Virus record (IMG/VR): IMGVR_UViG_3300042516_001936
Coordinates: 1 to 26,034 of that record
Origin: a virus
Taxonomy: Duplodnaviria; Caudoviricetes
Length of the DNA stretch: 26,034 nucleotides
Strand: one strand, 5' to 3'
Shown here: in pieces, positions 18,824 to 26,034 of the stretch
Position numbering within the stretch: position 1 is the first letter of the stretch
Layout: each line of letters begins with the position of its first letter
The notes under the pieces: model-generated
What the model was told of the DNA's origin: nothing
What the model saw: the letters and a program-made list of their open reading frames with translations, nothing else
Database searches by the model: none
Position numbers and translations under genes: made by a program

Positions 18824-19942
18824 TTATTCGTATATTGAAACGTGCATAGGGTCATTACTACTTAACCAAGTCATTCCTACACTCTGAAATACTTTTGCTA
18901 CTTGTAAAAAACCTTTATCAAAATCATTTAAATCTCGTATCTTAATCTTACCTACATAGATTCCATCTGACTTAAATGAGGTTCCAAATGGATACCTTCC
19001 TGCATTCATATCAAATGCAGTTCCCCAACTATGATTTGAAAGTCGAGTTCCTCCAGTAACATTTCTTACTGCAAGTCCTCCCGCAGTGTTTGCTATAAAT
19101 TTTTCTAATTTTTTTTCTCGAATTATTTTAAATGCAGGTTCAGCTACAGCAGCCAAATCTTTATGAATCGTAAGTTTCGCATCACCACTTGCAGTTGGTA
19201 ATAATACCTGTGTACAATTTGCTTTTATAAAATCAGGATTTTGTTTATACCATATTCGTACACCATCTTTAGTAACTTGTCTACTACTTTCTTCAAATGA
19301 ACCTGGTCCTGGTCCTTTTGCTGGCCAATATCCATTACCACATTTTTCTAATAATTTGAAATCAGTTCCAGTTCCTTTTGTAGTAATTGGGCCAGTTTGG
19401 GTTGGGGTTACATCATCTGTACCTGAAGATGGTTGTTCTGAATTTGATTCTTTTATTTCTCGTTGATTCGAAAAAACTTGTTCTCTATCTACATTTTTAT
19501 TATGTGCAAATGCTGCAGCAGAAGTACTAAAAAAACTTTCGTATATTCTTTGTGTTTTTGGATACTCAATTACTATGTCTCTACGAATTGCCTCAGCTTC
19601 TTCTTTCTCTTCTTCAGTAAAGAATTCTATAATTTGTTGAAGAAGTGAACCTCCTCCTGAAATTGGAGTCCAGTACGCCTGAAATGCCTTCCCCATATTT
19701 GTTATAATAGCATGTTCACCTGATGATTGTTGGAACGCAGTATTTAGTACCCCACCCAATACTTGTTCCATCGCTGCAGTATTTCCTTCTTGAAGAGTTA
19801 TACCATTTACTGTATCAAACCCTCTCTTAATTAGAGCATCATATTCTTGAACCAATTTTTTAGCAAATTGTTCTTTAAATGCTATATTTGGTTGGTTTCG
19901 CATAAAAACCAACATATTTTGTTTAAAGATATCGTATGACAT
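18824..19942 (-). CDS. Protein with C-terminal peptidase M15 (VanY-like) Zn domain
   Basis: 372 aa. R...LSNHSWGTAFDMN and DPMH match the M15 SxHxxGxAxD...(D/E)xxH signature; N-terminal ~93 aa helical and non-catalytic. Confidence 0.88.
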   Translation of the reverse strand: MSYDIFKQNMLVFMRNQPNIAFKEQFAKKLVQEYDALIKRGFDTVNGITLQEGNTAAMEQVLGGVLNTAFQQSSGEHAIITNMGKAFQAYWTPISGGGSLLQQIIEFFTEEEKEEAEAIRRDIVIEYPKTQRIYESFFSTSAAAFAHNKNVDREQVFSNQREIKESNSEQPSSGTDDVTPTQTGPITTKGTGTDFKLLEKCGNGYWPAKGPGPGSFEESSRQVTKDGVRIWYKQNPDFIKANCTQVLLPTASGDAKLTIHKDLAAVAEPAFKIIREKKLEKFIANTAGGLAVRNVTGGTRLSNHSWGTAFDMNAGRYPFGTSFKSDGIYVGKIKIRDLNDFDKGFLQVAKVFQSVGMTWLSSNDPMHVSIYE

Positions 19943-19943
19943 T

Positions 19944-21179
19944 TTATTCAGTATAATTTAAAGTAGATAACATTTCTGACAATCTTCCTTTTAAAGAATT
20001 GAATTGAGCCCTATTTTCAGGACCTGTTGCAGTTGGACCAGATGGAGTTCGATATACTTGTGAGTTAATCAAATCAATCATGGTAGATAAAATTTCTTTT
20101 AGAGTATTACCCCTAACTAATGGTTGGGATGAATTATTAGTGTTTAAGAATATTTTACCACTGCCAGTATTTAGTGTAATATTAGAACTACTTCGTGATG
20201 TAGTTATATTTACATTACCACCAAAATCTAAATCTGCACCAAGACCATTATCAATTGAAAATTTACCATCAGATATAAATCCATAATCTCCTTTTGAATG
20301 AAACACCATTTGTCCTGTCTTTGCAGAAATTATAATTTTACCACTATTGATTAGTAAATGGTCATCACCCTTGAGTGGATTTGGGTATGAGGAAAATTTA
20401 CTTGGAGTGATAGAAGTTGTTGCAGTAAATGGTATTTGGTAATCCCCACTTGACAAAACAATAACACTACCATCACTATTTACATTTTCTTCAGTTATGT
20501 CACCTTCTTTTAATGATGATAGAGTTTGTGAATCTTGTCTATTACGAATTATTATAGTTGGTGAGTATACATTATTTGCATTATTATATGCACTAAATCG
20601 GATTGATTGACCGAATCTAGTTTGTATTAATTTATCACCTTCATATAATTTTAATTTATTTACTGAATTAGCTCTGAAATACTTACCAAACTCACTTGTT
20701 TCAGAAGTTTCATTTGTAGTATTTCCAAGAGGAGTTCCAGTTTGAGCAGATTCTTTTATAGATGCATCCACTGCAATCTTTTCTTTCTTGTTATAGATTA
20801 CATCGGCTCTTTTTTTAATAGCATTACCAGTATTTAATGAAAATCCTGGTATTCTTCTATAATATTCAACCGAACCGACCATTATCAATTCAACTGATTC
20901 ACCAATTAATGGTAATTCGGTATCAGATGGGTTTAAACATGGATAAGTGTTTAATTGTTCGTTTGGGTTTGTACCATCTGAATATTTTCGTATAACAACA
21001 TTACCTACTATACTTGTATCTTTTTCGGTAAACGCAGTTTGGAAATTTTTTTTATTTTTTATTCTAGGATGTGTTTCATCTAAAATAACATCAACAACAA
21101 CTCCAGTACTTGTTGATGTAACTAACGGTTGTTTATTAGTACCACTTGATATATTTGATTGTTGTATTCTAGTACTCAT
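19944..21179 (-). CDS. Baseplate hub / central spike protein (gp5/gpV-like) without a lysozyme domain
   Basis: 411 aa. OB-fold-like N-part (GVVVDV...PLIGESV), EGDKLIQTRFGQSIRF, a stretch of short beta repeats, then QPLVRGNTLKEIL...TPSGPT; position upstream of gp25/gp6. Confidence 0.72.
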   Translation of the reverse strand: MSTRIQQSNISSGTNKQPLVTSTSTGVVVDVILDETHPRIKNKKNFQTAFTEKDTSIVGNVVIRKYSDGTNPNEQLNTYPCLNPSDTELPLIGESVELIMVGSVEYYRRIPGFSLNTGNAIKKRADVIYNKKEKIAVDASIKESAQTGTPLGNTTNETSETSEFGKYFRANSVNKLKLYEGDKLIQTRFGQSIRFSAYNNANNVYSPTIIIRNRQDSQTLSSLKEGDITEENVNSDGSVIVLSSGDYQIPFTATTSITPSKFSSYPNPLKGDDHLLINSGKIIISAKTGQMVFHSKGDYGFISDGKFSIDNGLGADLDFGGNVNITTSRSSSNITLNTGSGKIFLNTNNSSQPLVRGNTLKEILSTMIDLINSQVYRTPSGPTATGPENRAQFNSLKGRLSEMLSTLNYTE

Positions 21180-21592
21180 TATTTCTTATTTATTTTTTGT
21201 TTGAGTTCTTCTACTTCATAAGTTAATTCATCTACTTTTTGATCTTGAACATCTACTACTTCTTTAGCAGTCAGTTCTATTTCTTTTAGTAGTTGTTCTT
21301 TTTCTTCGTCACTAAGGAAACCAGTATCACCCTCCGATTTGTGTTGAGATGACATAATTCTCTGTGCAATTGCAGCAAGTTTGATTAGAGCATCATCATT
21401 CTTTACTGATGTGTCTACTAAGTCTTTTATGATTGGCCCGATAACTGCCATATCTCCTGCGTGTCTAATTACCTTTTTCATCTCGGCAATTAGTTCGGAG
21501 ATTCTTTGTTTTTTATTTTGCTGGTTATCGTATATATCCTTAAATAACCCACTTAGGTTTTTACCAGGAAATAATTCAAAGTCTGTACTCAT
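21179..21592 (-). CDS. Helical hypothetical phage protein
   Basis: 137 aa, first gene after the promoter-like 10-mer, TAATG-coupled to the spike gene. Confidence 0.75.
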   Translation of the reverse strand: MSTDFELFPGKNLSGLFKDIYDNQQNKKQRISELIAEMKKVIRHAGDMAVIGPIIKDLVDTSVKNDDALIKLAAIAQRIMSSQHKSEGDTGFLSDEEKEQLLKEIELTAKEVVDVQDQKVDELTYEVEELKQKINKK

Positions 21593-21613
21593 GATTTTAC
21601 CATATTATGTTGT

Positions 21614-21623
21614 ATATAAATAT
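21614..21623 (-). promoter_or_regulatory. Putative phage late promoter ATATTTATAT
   Basis: Same 10-mer, 21 nt before the ATG at 21592. Confidence 0.75.
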
Positions 21624-21626
21624 AGT

Positions 21627-21656
21627 AAACGAAAAAACCTCACCGAAGTGAGGTTT
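21627..21656 (-). terminator. Intrinsic terminator with a cUUCGg tetraloop
   Basis: Minus strand AAACCTCAC-TTCG-GTGAGGTTT then TTTCGTTT, 7 nt after the oxygenase stop. Confidence 0.9.
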
Positions 21657-21663
21657 CTATGTC

Positions 21664-22470
21664 TTATTGATAAAAAAATCTTATAAATGCAAATCGTTTA
21701 AAATTATCATCTAACACCGAATTAACACTATGATATACATTATTTTTAGTAAAATCTAAAATTACAATATTTCCAAATTCGGGTTTTACAATATTAGATT
21801 TATTAATAACTAACTCACCTCCATATCCTTCTTTATAATCATCATTTAAATAAATTAGTATAACACACAATCTTCCTGCATCAAATCCATCTTGATGATT
21901 TTCTATAAAGTTATTTTTTAAGTATAATGTTAAATCAACACTATGTTGTGGTTGATATGAAACATTATATAAATCTTTTAATAAAAATTCAAAAATTTTA
22001 TTTGATACATCAAGAGAATTATTACATAATAAATCTTGCTGTGGATATGATGTATTGTTTTTTTTAATAGTATGGTAATACCATACTTGAGAATAATTTT
22101 CTATATAATTTGCTAATTCATTATTTAAATCTTCAATATTTAATTTATTTTTAGCGAATGAATTAAATATATGTAATTGATGTATTGTATCTATTTTATC
22201 TTGAGTGGAATTTCGCTCAGTTCGAATCATAAATAAGTTAGATACATCTACATATTTTAGATGATTATTACAAATATTTATAATTTTTTCTATCTCATCG
22301 TTTGTTAAATTTTTTCTCAATGTTGAATCTATTCTAACATTTTCTATTAGTTTTTCATACTCACTTTTATCAACTATTGATAATAATTCATTGTATAGTG
22401 ATTCATTGACATCTTTTAAATTAAAAGATAAAAACCCATTTTCTAATAACTTTGATTTGTTTAACACCAT
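21664..22470 (-). CDS. 2-oxoglutarate/Fe(II)-dependent oxygenase (prolyl-hydroxylase-like)
   Basis: 268 aa. HQD...RLCVILIYLNDDYKEGYGGEL...YHSVNSV...KRFA gives the HxD...H...R ligand set. Confidence 0.88.
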   Translation of the reverse strand: MVLNKSKLLENGFLSFNLKDVNESLYNELLSIVDKSEYEKLIENVRIDSTLRKNLTNDEIEKIINICNNHLKYVDVSNLFMIRTERNSTQDKIDTIHQLHIFNSFAKNKLNIEDLNNELANYIENYSQVWYYHTIKKNNTSYPQQDLLCNNSLDVSNKIFEFLLKDLYNVSYQPQHSVDLTLYLKNNFIENHQDGFDAGRLCVILIYLNDDYKEGYGGELVINKSNIVKPEFGNIVILDFTKNNVYHSVNSVLDDNFKRFAFIRFFYQ

Positions 22471-22473
22471 AAA

Positions 22474-22572
22474 TTAGTTTACTTTTTTGTACTGTCCCTT
22501 TTTTTGTTGGGATTTAATTGTTTCTTTTGCCATTCTTTTTCTATTTTTTGTGGCAATCTCTCGTTTAGTCAT
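22474..22572 (-). CDS. Small basic protein (32 aa), not in the ORF track
   Basis: MTKREIATKNRKRMAKETIKSQQKKGQYKKVN; ATG overlaps the end of the upstream gene by 8 nt, TAA ends 3 nt before the next ATG, exactly filling the gap. Confidence 0.6.
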   Translation of the reverse strand: MTKREIATKNRKRMAKETIKSQQKKGQYKKVN

Positions 22573-23137
22573 TATCAGCCTCCTTTAACTTTCCACACTT
22601 CAAACATTCCAACTCACCATCGTTATCAGAATCACCCCAAACGTGTTCACATTGTCTGTGTGCGAAGTAGACATCGATTTTACCATCACCATCGAAATCA
22701 ATACCATCCATTATACCATCGCCATCTTCATCCACTTCGATACCAATTCTTGGTTCTTGTTTTACAACTACTTGTTCTTCGATTTCAACTTCTTTTACGA
22801 TTGGTTTTATTGGGGTTGGGGGTTCCGGCGAATCTCCACCTAATGTATTGGATAATGAAACACCGTCTTCTTCATCCATCTTTTGTACTAACATCTTATC
22901 CTTATCGGTATCACTAAACCAGTAATCGATAATCTTACCATAAGAACCAATGAAGGCACCTAACATTAGAAGTAATAATTCTTTCCATTCTTGACCAACT
23001 ACGGTTTCGGTATGGATAGAAACAACAATACCTATTGTTAATAATAAAAATGTAAATAATACGATGGCTGTGATTAACCATCTTCGTTTCATCATTGAAT
23101 TTAATAAATCCTTAAATCCAGAACTTTGATTTTCCAT
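22565..23137 (-). CDS. Two-TM membrane protein (holin-like N-terminus) with DxDxDG repeats and a Zn-ribbon-like C-terminus
   Basis: 190 aa. Hydrophobic segments WLITAIVLFTFLLLTIGIVVSI and LLLLMLGAFIGSYGKIIDYWF; DEDGDG, DFDGDG, DSDNDG; CEH...CLKC. Confidence 0.7.
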   Translation of the reverse strand: MENQSSGFKDLLNSMMKRRWLITAIVLFTFLLLTIGIVVSIHTETVVGQEWKELLLLMLGAFIGSYGKIIDYWFSDTDKDKMLVQKMDEEDGVSLSNTLGGDSPEPPTPIKPIVKEVEIEEQVVVKQEPRIGIEVDEDGDGIMDGIDFDGDGKIDVYFAHRQCEHVWGDSDNDGELECLKCGKLKEADND

Positions 23138-23161
23138 TTATGTAATCTCCTATTTTTTTAC

Positions 23162-23171
23162 ATATAAATAT
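23162..23171 (-). promoter_or_regulatory. Putative phage late promoter ATATTTATAT
   Basis: Same 10-mer, 24 nt before the ATG at 23137, with AGGAG between them. Confidence 0.75.
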
Positions 23172-23203
23172 AAAACAAAAAACCCAAGTATTAACTTGGG
23201 TTT
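23172..23203 (-). terminator. Intrinsic terminator after the carbamoyltransferase
   Basis: Minus strand AAACCCAAGT-TAAT-ACTTGGGTTT then TTTGTTTT. Confidence 0.82.
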
Positions 23204-23236
23204 AATTTTTTGTTTGTTTTTATACTGTGAGTATAA

Positions 23237-24952
23237 TTATAGTATCTTTTTTCGAACTATATAATTGTGTAATACCAATGTATCCATTTCACAATCCAAA
23301 AATGTTTTTATTGCAGTTTCGGGGTCTAACACCATTGTTTGGTCTTTTAGATTAAATGAAGTATTTAGAACAATTGGATACCCATTATCTATTTCTAACT
23401 GATTAAGTAATTTGTACATACGAGTATGTTGACGATTATTCAAAGTTTGTATCCTTGCAGAACCATCTATGTGTGTAATAGCAGGTAAATTTTTACGATG
23501 TTCTTCGTTTACTTTTACCACTTGATTCATGTAAGGAACGAGATGTTTATAATCAAAATACTTTAATCTTTCTTCTTCCTTTACTATTGGTGCAAAAGGT
23601 CTAAACCCTTCTCGTTTCTTAATAACACGATTGACTCGTGCTTTCATTTGAGGGTCTCGGGGGTTAGCAAGTATAGAACGATTACCGAGGGCTCGAGAAC
23701 CGAATTCCATTCTACCTTCGAACCAACCAATAACATTTCCATCAGTAATTTCTCTACTGATGACTGGAATAATCTCAGAGTGATTTTTATATTCATACCA
23801 AACATCATTTTCGTGTTTATCTAATATTTCTTTTATTTGTTCGTTTGTATAAGATGGACCTAAATAAGGATTTGTATTTACTACTCTATTTTTGTTATTT
23901 AATTCATTATACCAATAATAAAGAGCAGAACCAATAGCAGAACCAGCATCGGATGGTGCAGGTGGAATCCACAATCCTTTGAATGGTGTCATATCGGTAA
24001 TTTTACCATTTGCAGTTCCATTGTATGCACAACCACCACTCAAACAAACATTATTTGCCGGTCTTAATGCAATTGCACGATTTAATAATCTAAAAAAATA
24101 ATGTTCGTATTCGTGTTGCAATGTTGCAGCTAAATCTTTATGGTCTTGTGTAATTTCCTCATCGGGTAATCTATTAGGGAATTCAAACAACTCTCCCAAT
24201 TTCTCGTTAAACATAGATTTATCATCCCAATCATAGGTAAAATAATTCATATTGATTTTATATCCACCATCATCGGTAGGTGAAATCAAATGAGAAAATT
24301 TAGATAAATATTTTTTGTAATCACCATAAGGTGCAAGACCCATTACTTTATATTCACCTTCATTTGGTTTGAATCCAAGGAATGCGGTAAATACTGAATA
24401 TAGCATTCCTAACGAATGTGGAAACTCTACACTTTGAAGTTTAATTATTCTATTCTCGTCACCATAAGCAATTACGGTGGTTTCCCATTCACCAACACCA
24501 TCTACCGAGACAATCATTGCTCTCTCGTAGGGTGATGTATAGAATGAATATGCTAAATGTGAGAGGTGATGTTCGGTATGAAACAATTCTGAATTAGGAA
24601 ATAATCTCTTAATCTTTTTTTCTACCTTCTTGTATTCTTGTTTATTATTGTAGATAATTTTTTGTCTATTAATTTCATTAACGAACCCACCTCGTTTTGT
24701 AGATTTTTCAATTCTATCAATTTTCAATTCGGGTAGTTCATAAAAAGTAACTACATTAATATCGTTAGGAGTAATTCCTTCATTTTCTAATAACCAATTT
24801 ATGGTATTAATTGGAAACGAAGAATCATGTTTTATACCAGTAAATCGTTCCTCTTCAACTGCACCTACAACCTCACCATTTTTAATGAGAGCAGCAGCAG
24901 AATCATGATAACCAGAACTTATTCCTAAAATATAAAAATTATTCACTTTCAT
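23237..24952 (-). CDS. O-carbamoyltransferase, NodU/CmcH/TobZ family
   Basis: ILGIS..YHDSAAAL, EEERF, HHLSH, DGVGE, EYKVMGLAPYG, SGGCAYN, GRMEFGSRALGNRSILA, KREGFRPFAP, HIDGSARIQT, LNTSFN. Start placed at the second ATG (24952) to minimise overlap; 24970 is the alternative. Confidence 0.95.
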   Translation of the reverse strand: MKVNNFYILGISSGYHDSAAALIKNGEVVGAVEEERFTGIKHDSSFPINTINWLLENEGITPNDINVVTFYELPELKIDRIEKSTKRGGFVNEINRQKIIYNNKQEYKKVEKKIKRLFPNSELFHTEHHLSHLAYSFYTSPYERAMIVSVDGVGEWETTVIAYGDENRIIKLQSVEFPHSLGMLYSVFTAFLGFKPNEGEYKVMGLAPYGDYKKYLSKFSHLISPTDDGGYKINMNYFTYDWDDKSMFNEKLGELFEFPNRLPDEEITQDHKDLAATLQHEYEHYFFRLLNRAIALRPANNVCLSGGCAYNGTANGKITDMTPFKGLWIPPAPSDAGSAIGSALYYWYNELNNKNRVVNTNPYLGPSYTNEQIKEILDKHENDVWYEYKNHSEIIPVISREITDGNVIGWFEGRMEFGSRALGNRSILANPRDPQMKARVNRVIKKREGFRPFAPIVKEEERLKYFDYKHLVPYMNQVVKVNEEHRKNLPAITHIDGSARIQTLNNRQHTRMYKLLNQLEIDNGYPIVLNTSFNLKDQTMVLDPETAIKTFLDCEMDTLVLHNYIVRKKIL

Positions 24953-25703
24953 CAAATATATCGTCTTCAAATTCTATGCTAGATGTATCAATCCAAAATG
25001 GTTTTTCTTTTACTGAAAATTCTCCATTTTCTAAATACTCATTTAACATTTTTTTCTGATGTTGTTTCATTACATTTACTACCTTGGTAATATAATGAGT
25101 CTTACAATCAGTCATTTCTCTAATAAGTAGATAAAGATGTTTTTTATTAAAATTTTCTATATATTGACTTCTACGAAATAATTCCAATACTGCATCTGCT
25201 ATTTGAATATCTCTTTTCTTATTAAAGACAGTAGCAAGATGCTTATCCCAATACTCCAACATTATATCATTGAACTCTCTAAACTCACTTGCCTCTTCAG
25301 TTTCATAAAAATCATTTTCGGGATTCCAACTCTCAGGCATTTCTGATACAAGAGCGTTTTGTTTCCATCTTTTGAAATTACCATTGTTTTTTAAGATAAG
25401 ATGATTTTTAGCAATGATACTAAAATAAGAAAATGCCCTACCTTTGTTTTCTTTATACATATGTATTTTTTCAATCATAGTAGATACAACCTCGGCCTGA
25501 ATATCTTTTTTAGGTGCATCAAAATATGAAAATTTAAATGTATTAAGAACATTTTCTGCTAATTTTTCAAACGGATATTTAATTCTTTCTTGATAGATTC
25601 TTGACCGTTTGATTGGGTCTTTTGTTTTATTGTATTCTATTATTGCATCTTGTGCAGGAGTACCAAAATAAATTTTATCTTTTGGTTTTCTTTGTTTCAT
25701 CAT
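24939..25703 (-). CDS. Putative phage RNA polymerase sigma factor (gp55-like, late transcription)
   Basis: 254 aa. FEKLAEN...DIQAEVV...KIHMYKENKGRAFSYFSIIAKN follows the sigma region-2 pattern (compare F-x-YF of gp55-like proteins); a C-terminal helix-turn-helix-like segment (LIREMTDCKTHYITKVVNVMK) and an acidic tail. Confidence 0.62.
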   Translation of the reverse strand: MMKQRKPKDKIYFGTPAQDAIIEYNKTKDPIKRSRIYQERIKYPFEKLAENVLNTFKFSYFDAPKKDIQAEVVSTMIEKIHMYKENKGRAFSYFSIIAKNHLILKNNGNFKRWKQNALVSEMPESWNPENDFYETEEASEFREFNDIMLEYWDKHLATVFNKKRDIQIADAVLELFRRSQYIENFNKKHLYLLIREMTDCKTHYITKVVNVMKQHQKKMLNEYLENGEFSVKEKPFWIDTSSIEFEDDIFDESE

Positions 25704-25704
25704 A

Positions 25705-25968
25705 TTATAATTGTTGATTTAAATCTTCGATAATGTTTTTTAATTGTTCGAATGTGGCACCGACCTCATCATCTTTTTCAAAAACTTCTCGATTATCAAT
25801 ATCTCTCATTTGTTGTAATGTAGTTTCAATTTTGACGCGAGTTCCCTCTATAACATCTGTCATAGTATCTTCTAATTCTTCAGTTTGTTTGATAGTGTTT
25901 CGTATGCCAATTCCTAAAACAATATTAAGTATAACGGATAAAACAAGGAGTGTATAAATTAATTCCAT
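25705..25968 (-). CDS. Small membrane-anchored coiled-coil protein
   Basis: 87 aa. N-terminal hydrophobic helix (LIYTLLVLSVILNIVLGIGI) followed by an acidic helical region; ends 1 nt before the sigma-like start. Confidence 0.75.
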   Translation of the reverse strand: MELIYTLLVLSVILNIVLGIGIRNTIKQTEELEDTMTDVIEGTRVKIETTLQQMRDIDNREVFEKDDEVGATFEQLKNIIEDLNQQL

Positions 25969-25971
25969 AAA

Positions 25972-26034
25972 TTAGATTGGTTTGATAGAAGATTTGATAT
26001 TTTGAAGTAATTGTAACTCATTGTGAAATACCTT
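25972..26034 (-). CDS. 3' end of an upstream CDS (partial)
   Basis: Open frame KVFHNELQLLQNIKSSIKPI-TAA ending 3 nt before the ATG at 25968. Confidence 0.5.
   Translation of the reverse strand, partial: KVFHNELQLLQNIKSSIKPI

Larger units (their letters stand above)
1..26034 (-). mobile_element. Segment of a large contractile-tailed phage genome (baseplate/late region plus accessory genes); host probably Bacteroidota
   Basis: Co-oriented dense genes including gp25-like, gp6/J-like and gp5-like baseplate proteins, phage-type GH19 and M15 lysins and a gp55-like sigma factor; no cellular housekeeping genes. Host guess rests on the Bacteroidota-style TBDR/lipoprotein pair. Confidence 0.92.

Noticed and set aside
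17870-18826. Present-day read-through, intron or intein joining of the three hydrolase genes
   Set aside because: One junction has tandem TAA TAA; no intron-like structure or Hint motifs were visible, and each ORF has its own ATG.
9952-21179. Bacterial T6SS or extracellular contractile injection system rather than phage
   Set aside because: No TssBC, ClpV or membrane-complex genes, no immunity genes beside the hydrolases; phage-type sigma factor, promoters and gene packing fit a phage better.
21179-21592. Terminase small subunit call for the 137-aa protein
   Set aside because: Size and helicity fit, but no diagnostic motif or adjacent large subunit is visible.
539-25957. All plus-strand ORFs in the track (e.g. 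539..751, 13263..13601, 13764..14126, 22504..22917)
   Set aside because: They lie antisense to longer minus-strand genes with recognisable motifs and have no motifs of their own; treated as shadow ORFs.
1-26034. Stop-codon reassignment (TAG or TGA recoding, seen in some large phages)
   Set aside because: Genes are full length and tightly packed in the standard code; the junctions examined end in TAA, apart from one TGA in an ATGA overlap.
1-26034. tRNA genes, CRISPR arrays, DGR repeats, IS elements
   Set aside because: Intergenic gaps are under about 100 nt and explained by promoters and terminators; no repeat arrays, reverse transcriptase or transposase seen by eye.

Overview
The window is a 26-kb, AT-rich segment of a large tailed phage with a contractile (myovirus-type) tail. 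All credible genes are on the minus strand, tightly packed, and read in the standard genetic code. In transcription order (right to left) it holds: a gp55-like putative late sigma factor; an accessory block (NodU/CmcH-family carbamoyltransferase, a two-TM membrane protein with Ca/Zn-binding-like motifs, an unannotated 32-aa basic ORF, a 2OG-Fe(II) oxygenase); and a baseplate operon (gp5/gpV-like spike, gp25-like and gp6/J-like wedge proteins, a 1537-aa wedge-like protein and other structural proteins). Two things stand out. (1) Directly behind the spike gene are three genes, each ending in a different peptidoglycan hydrolase (M15 peptidase, CHAP/NlpC-P60-like amidase, GH19). Their short N-termini look like three consecutive pieces of one ancestral ~185-aa protein, suggesting a split scaffold carrying three enzymes. 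(2) A Bacteroidota-type TonB-dependent receptor plus lipoprotein operon, with its own upstream regulatory region and terminator, sits inside the baseplate region. An identical 10-mer, ATATTTATAT, lies 17-26 nt before five start codons and is a likely late promoter. All product calls come from motif recognition by eye; no searches were run.
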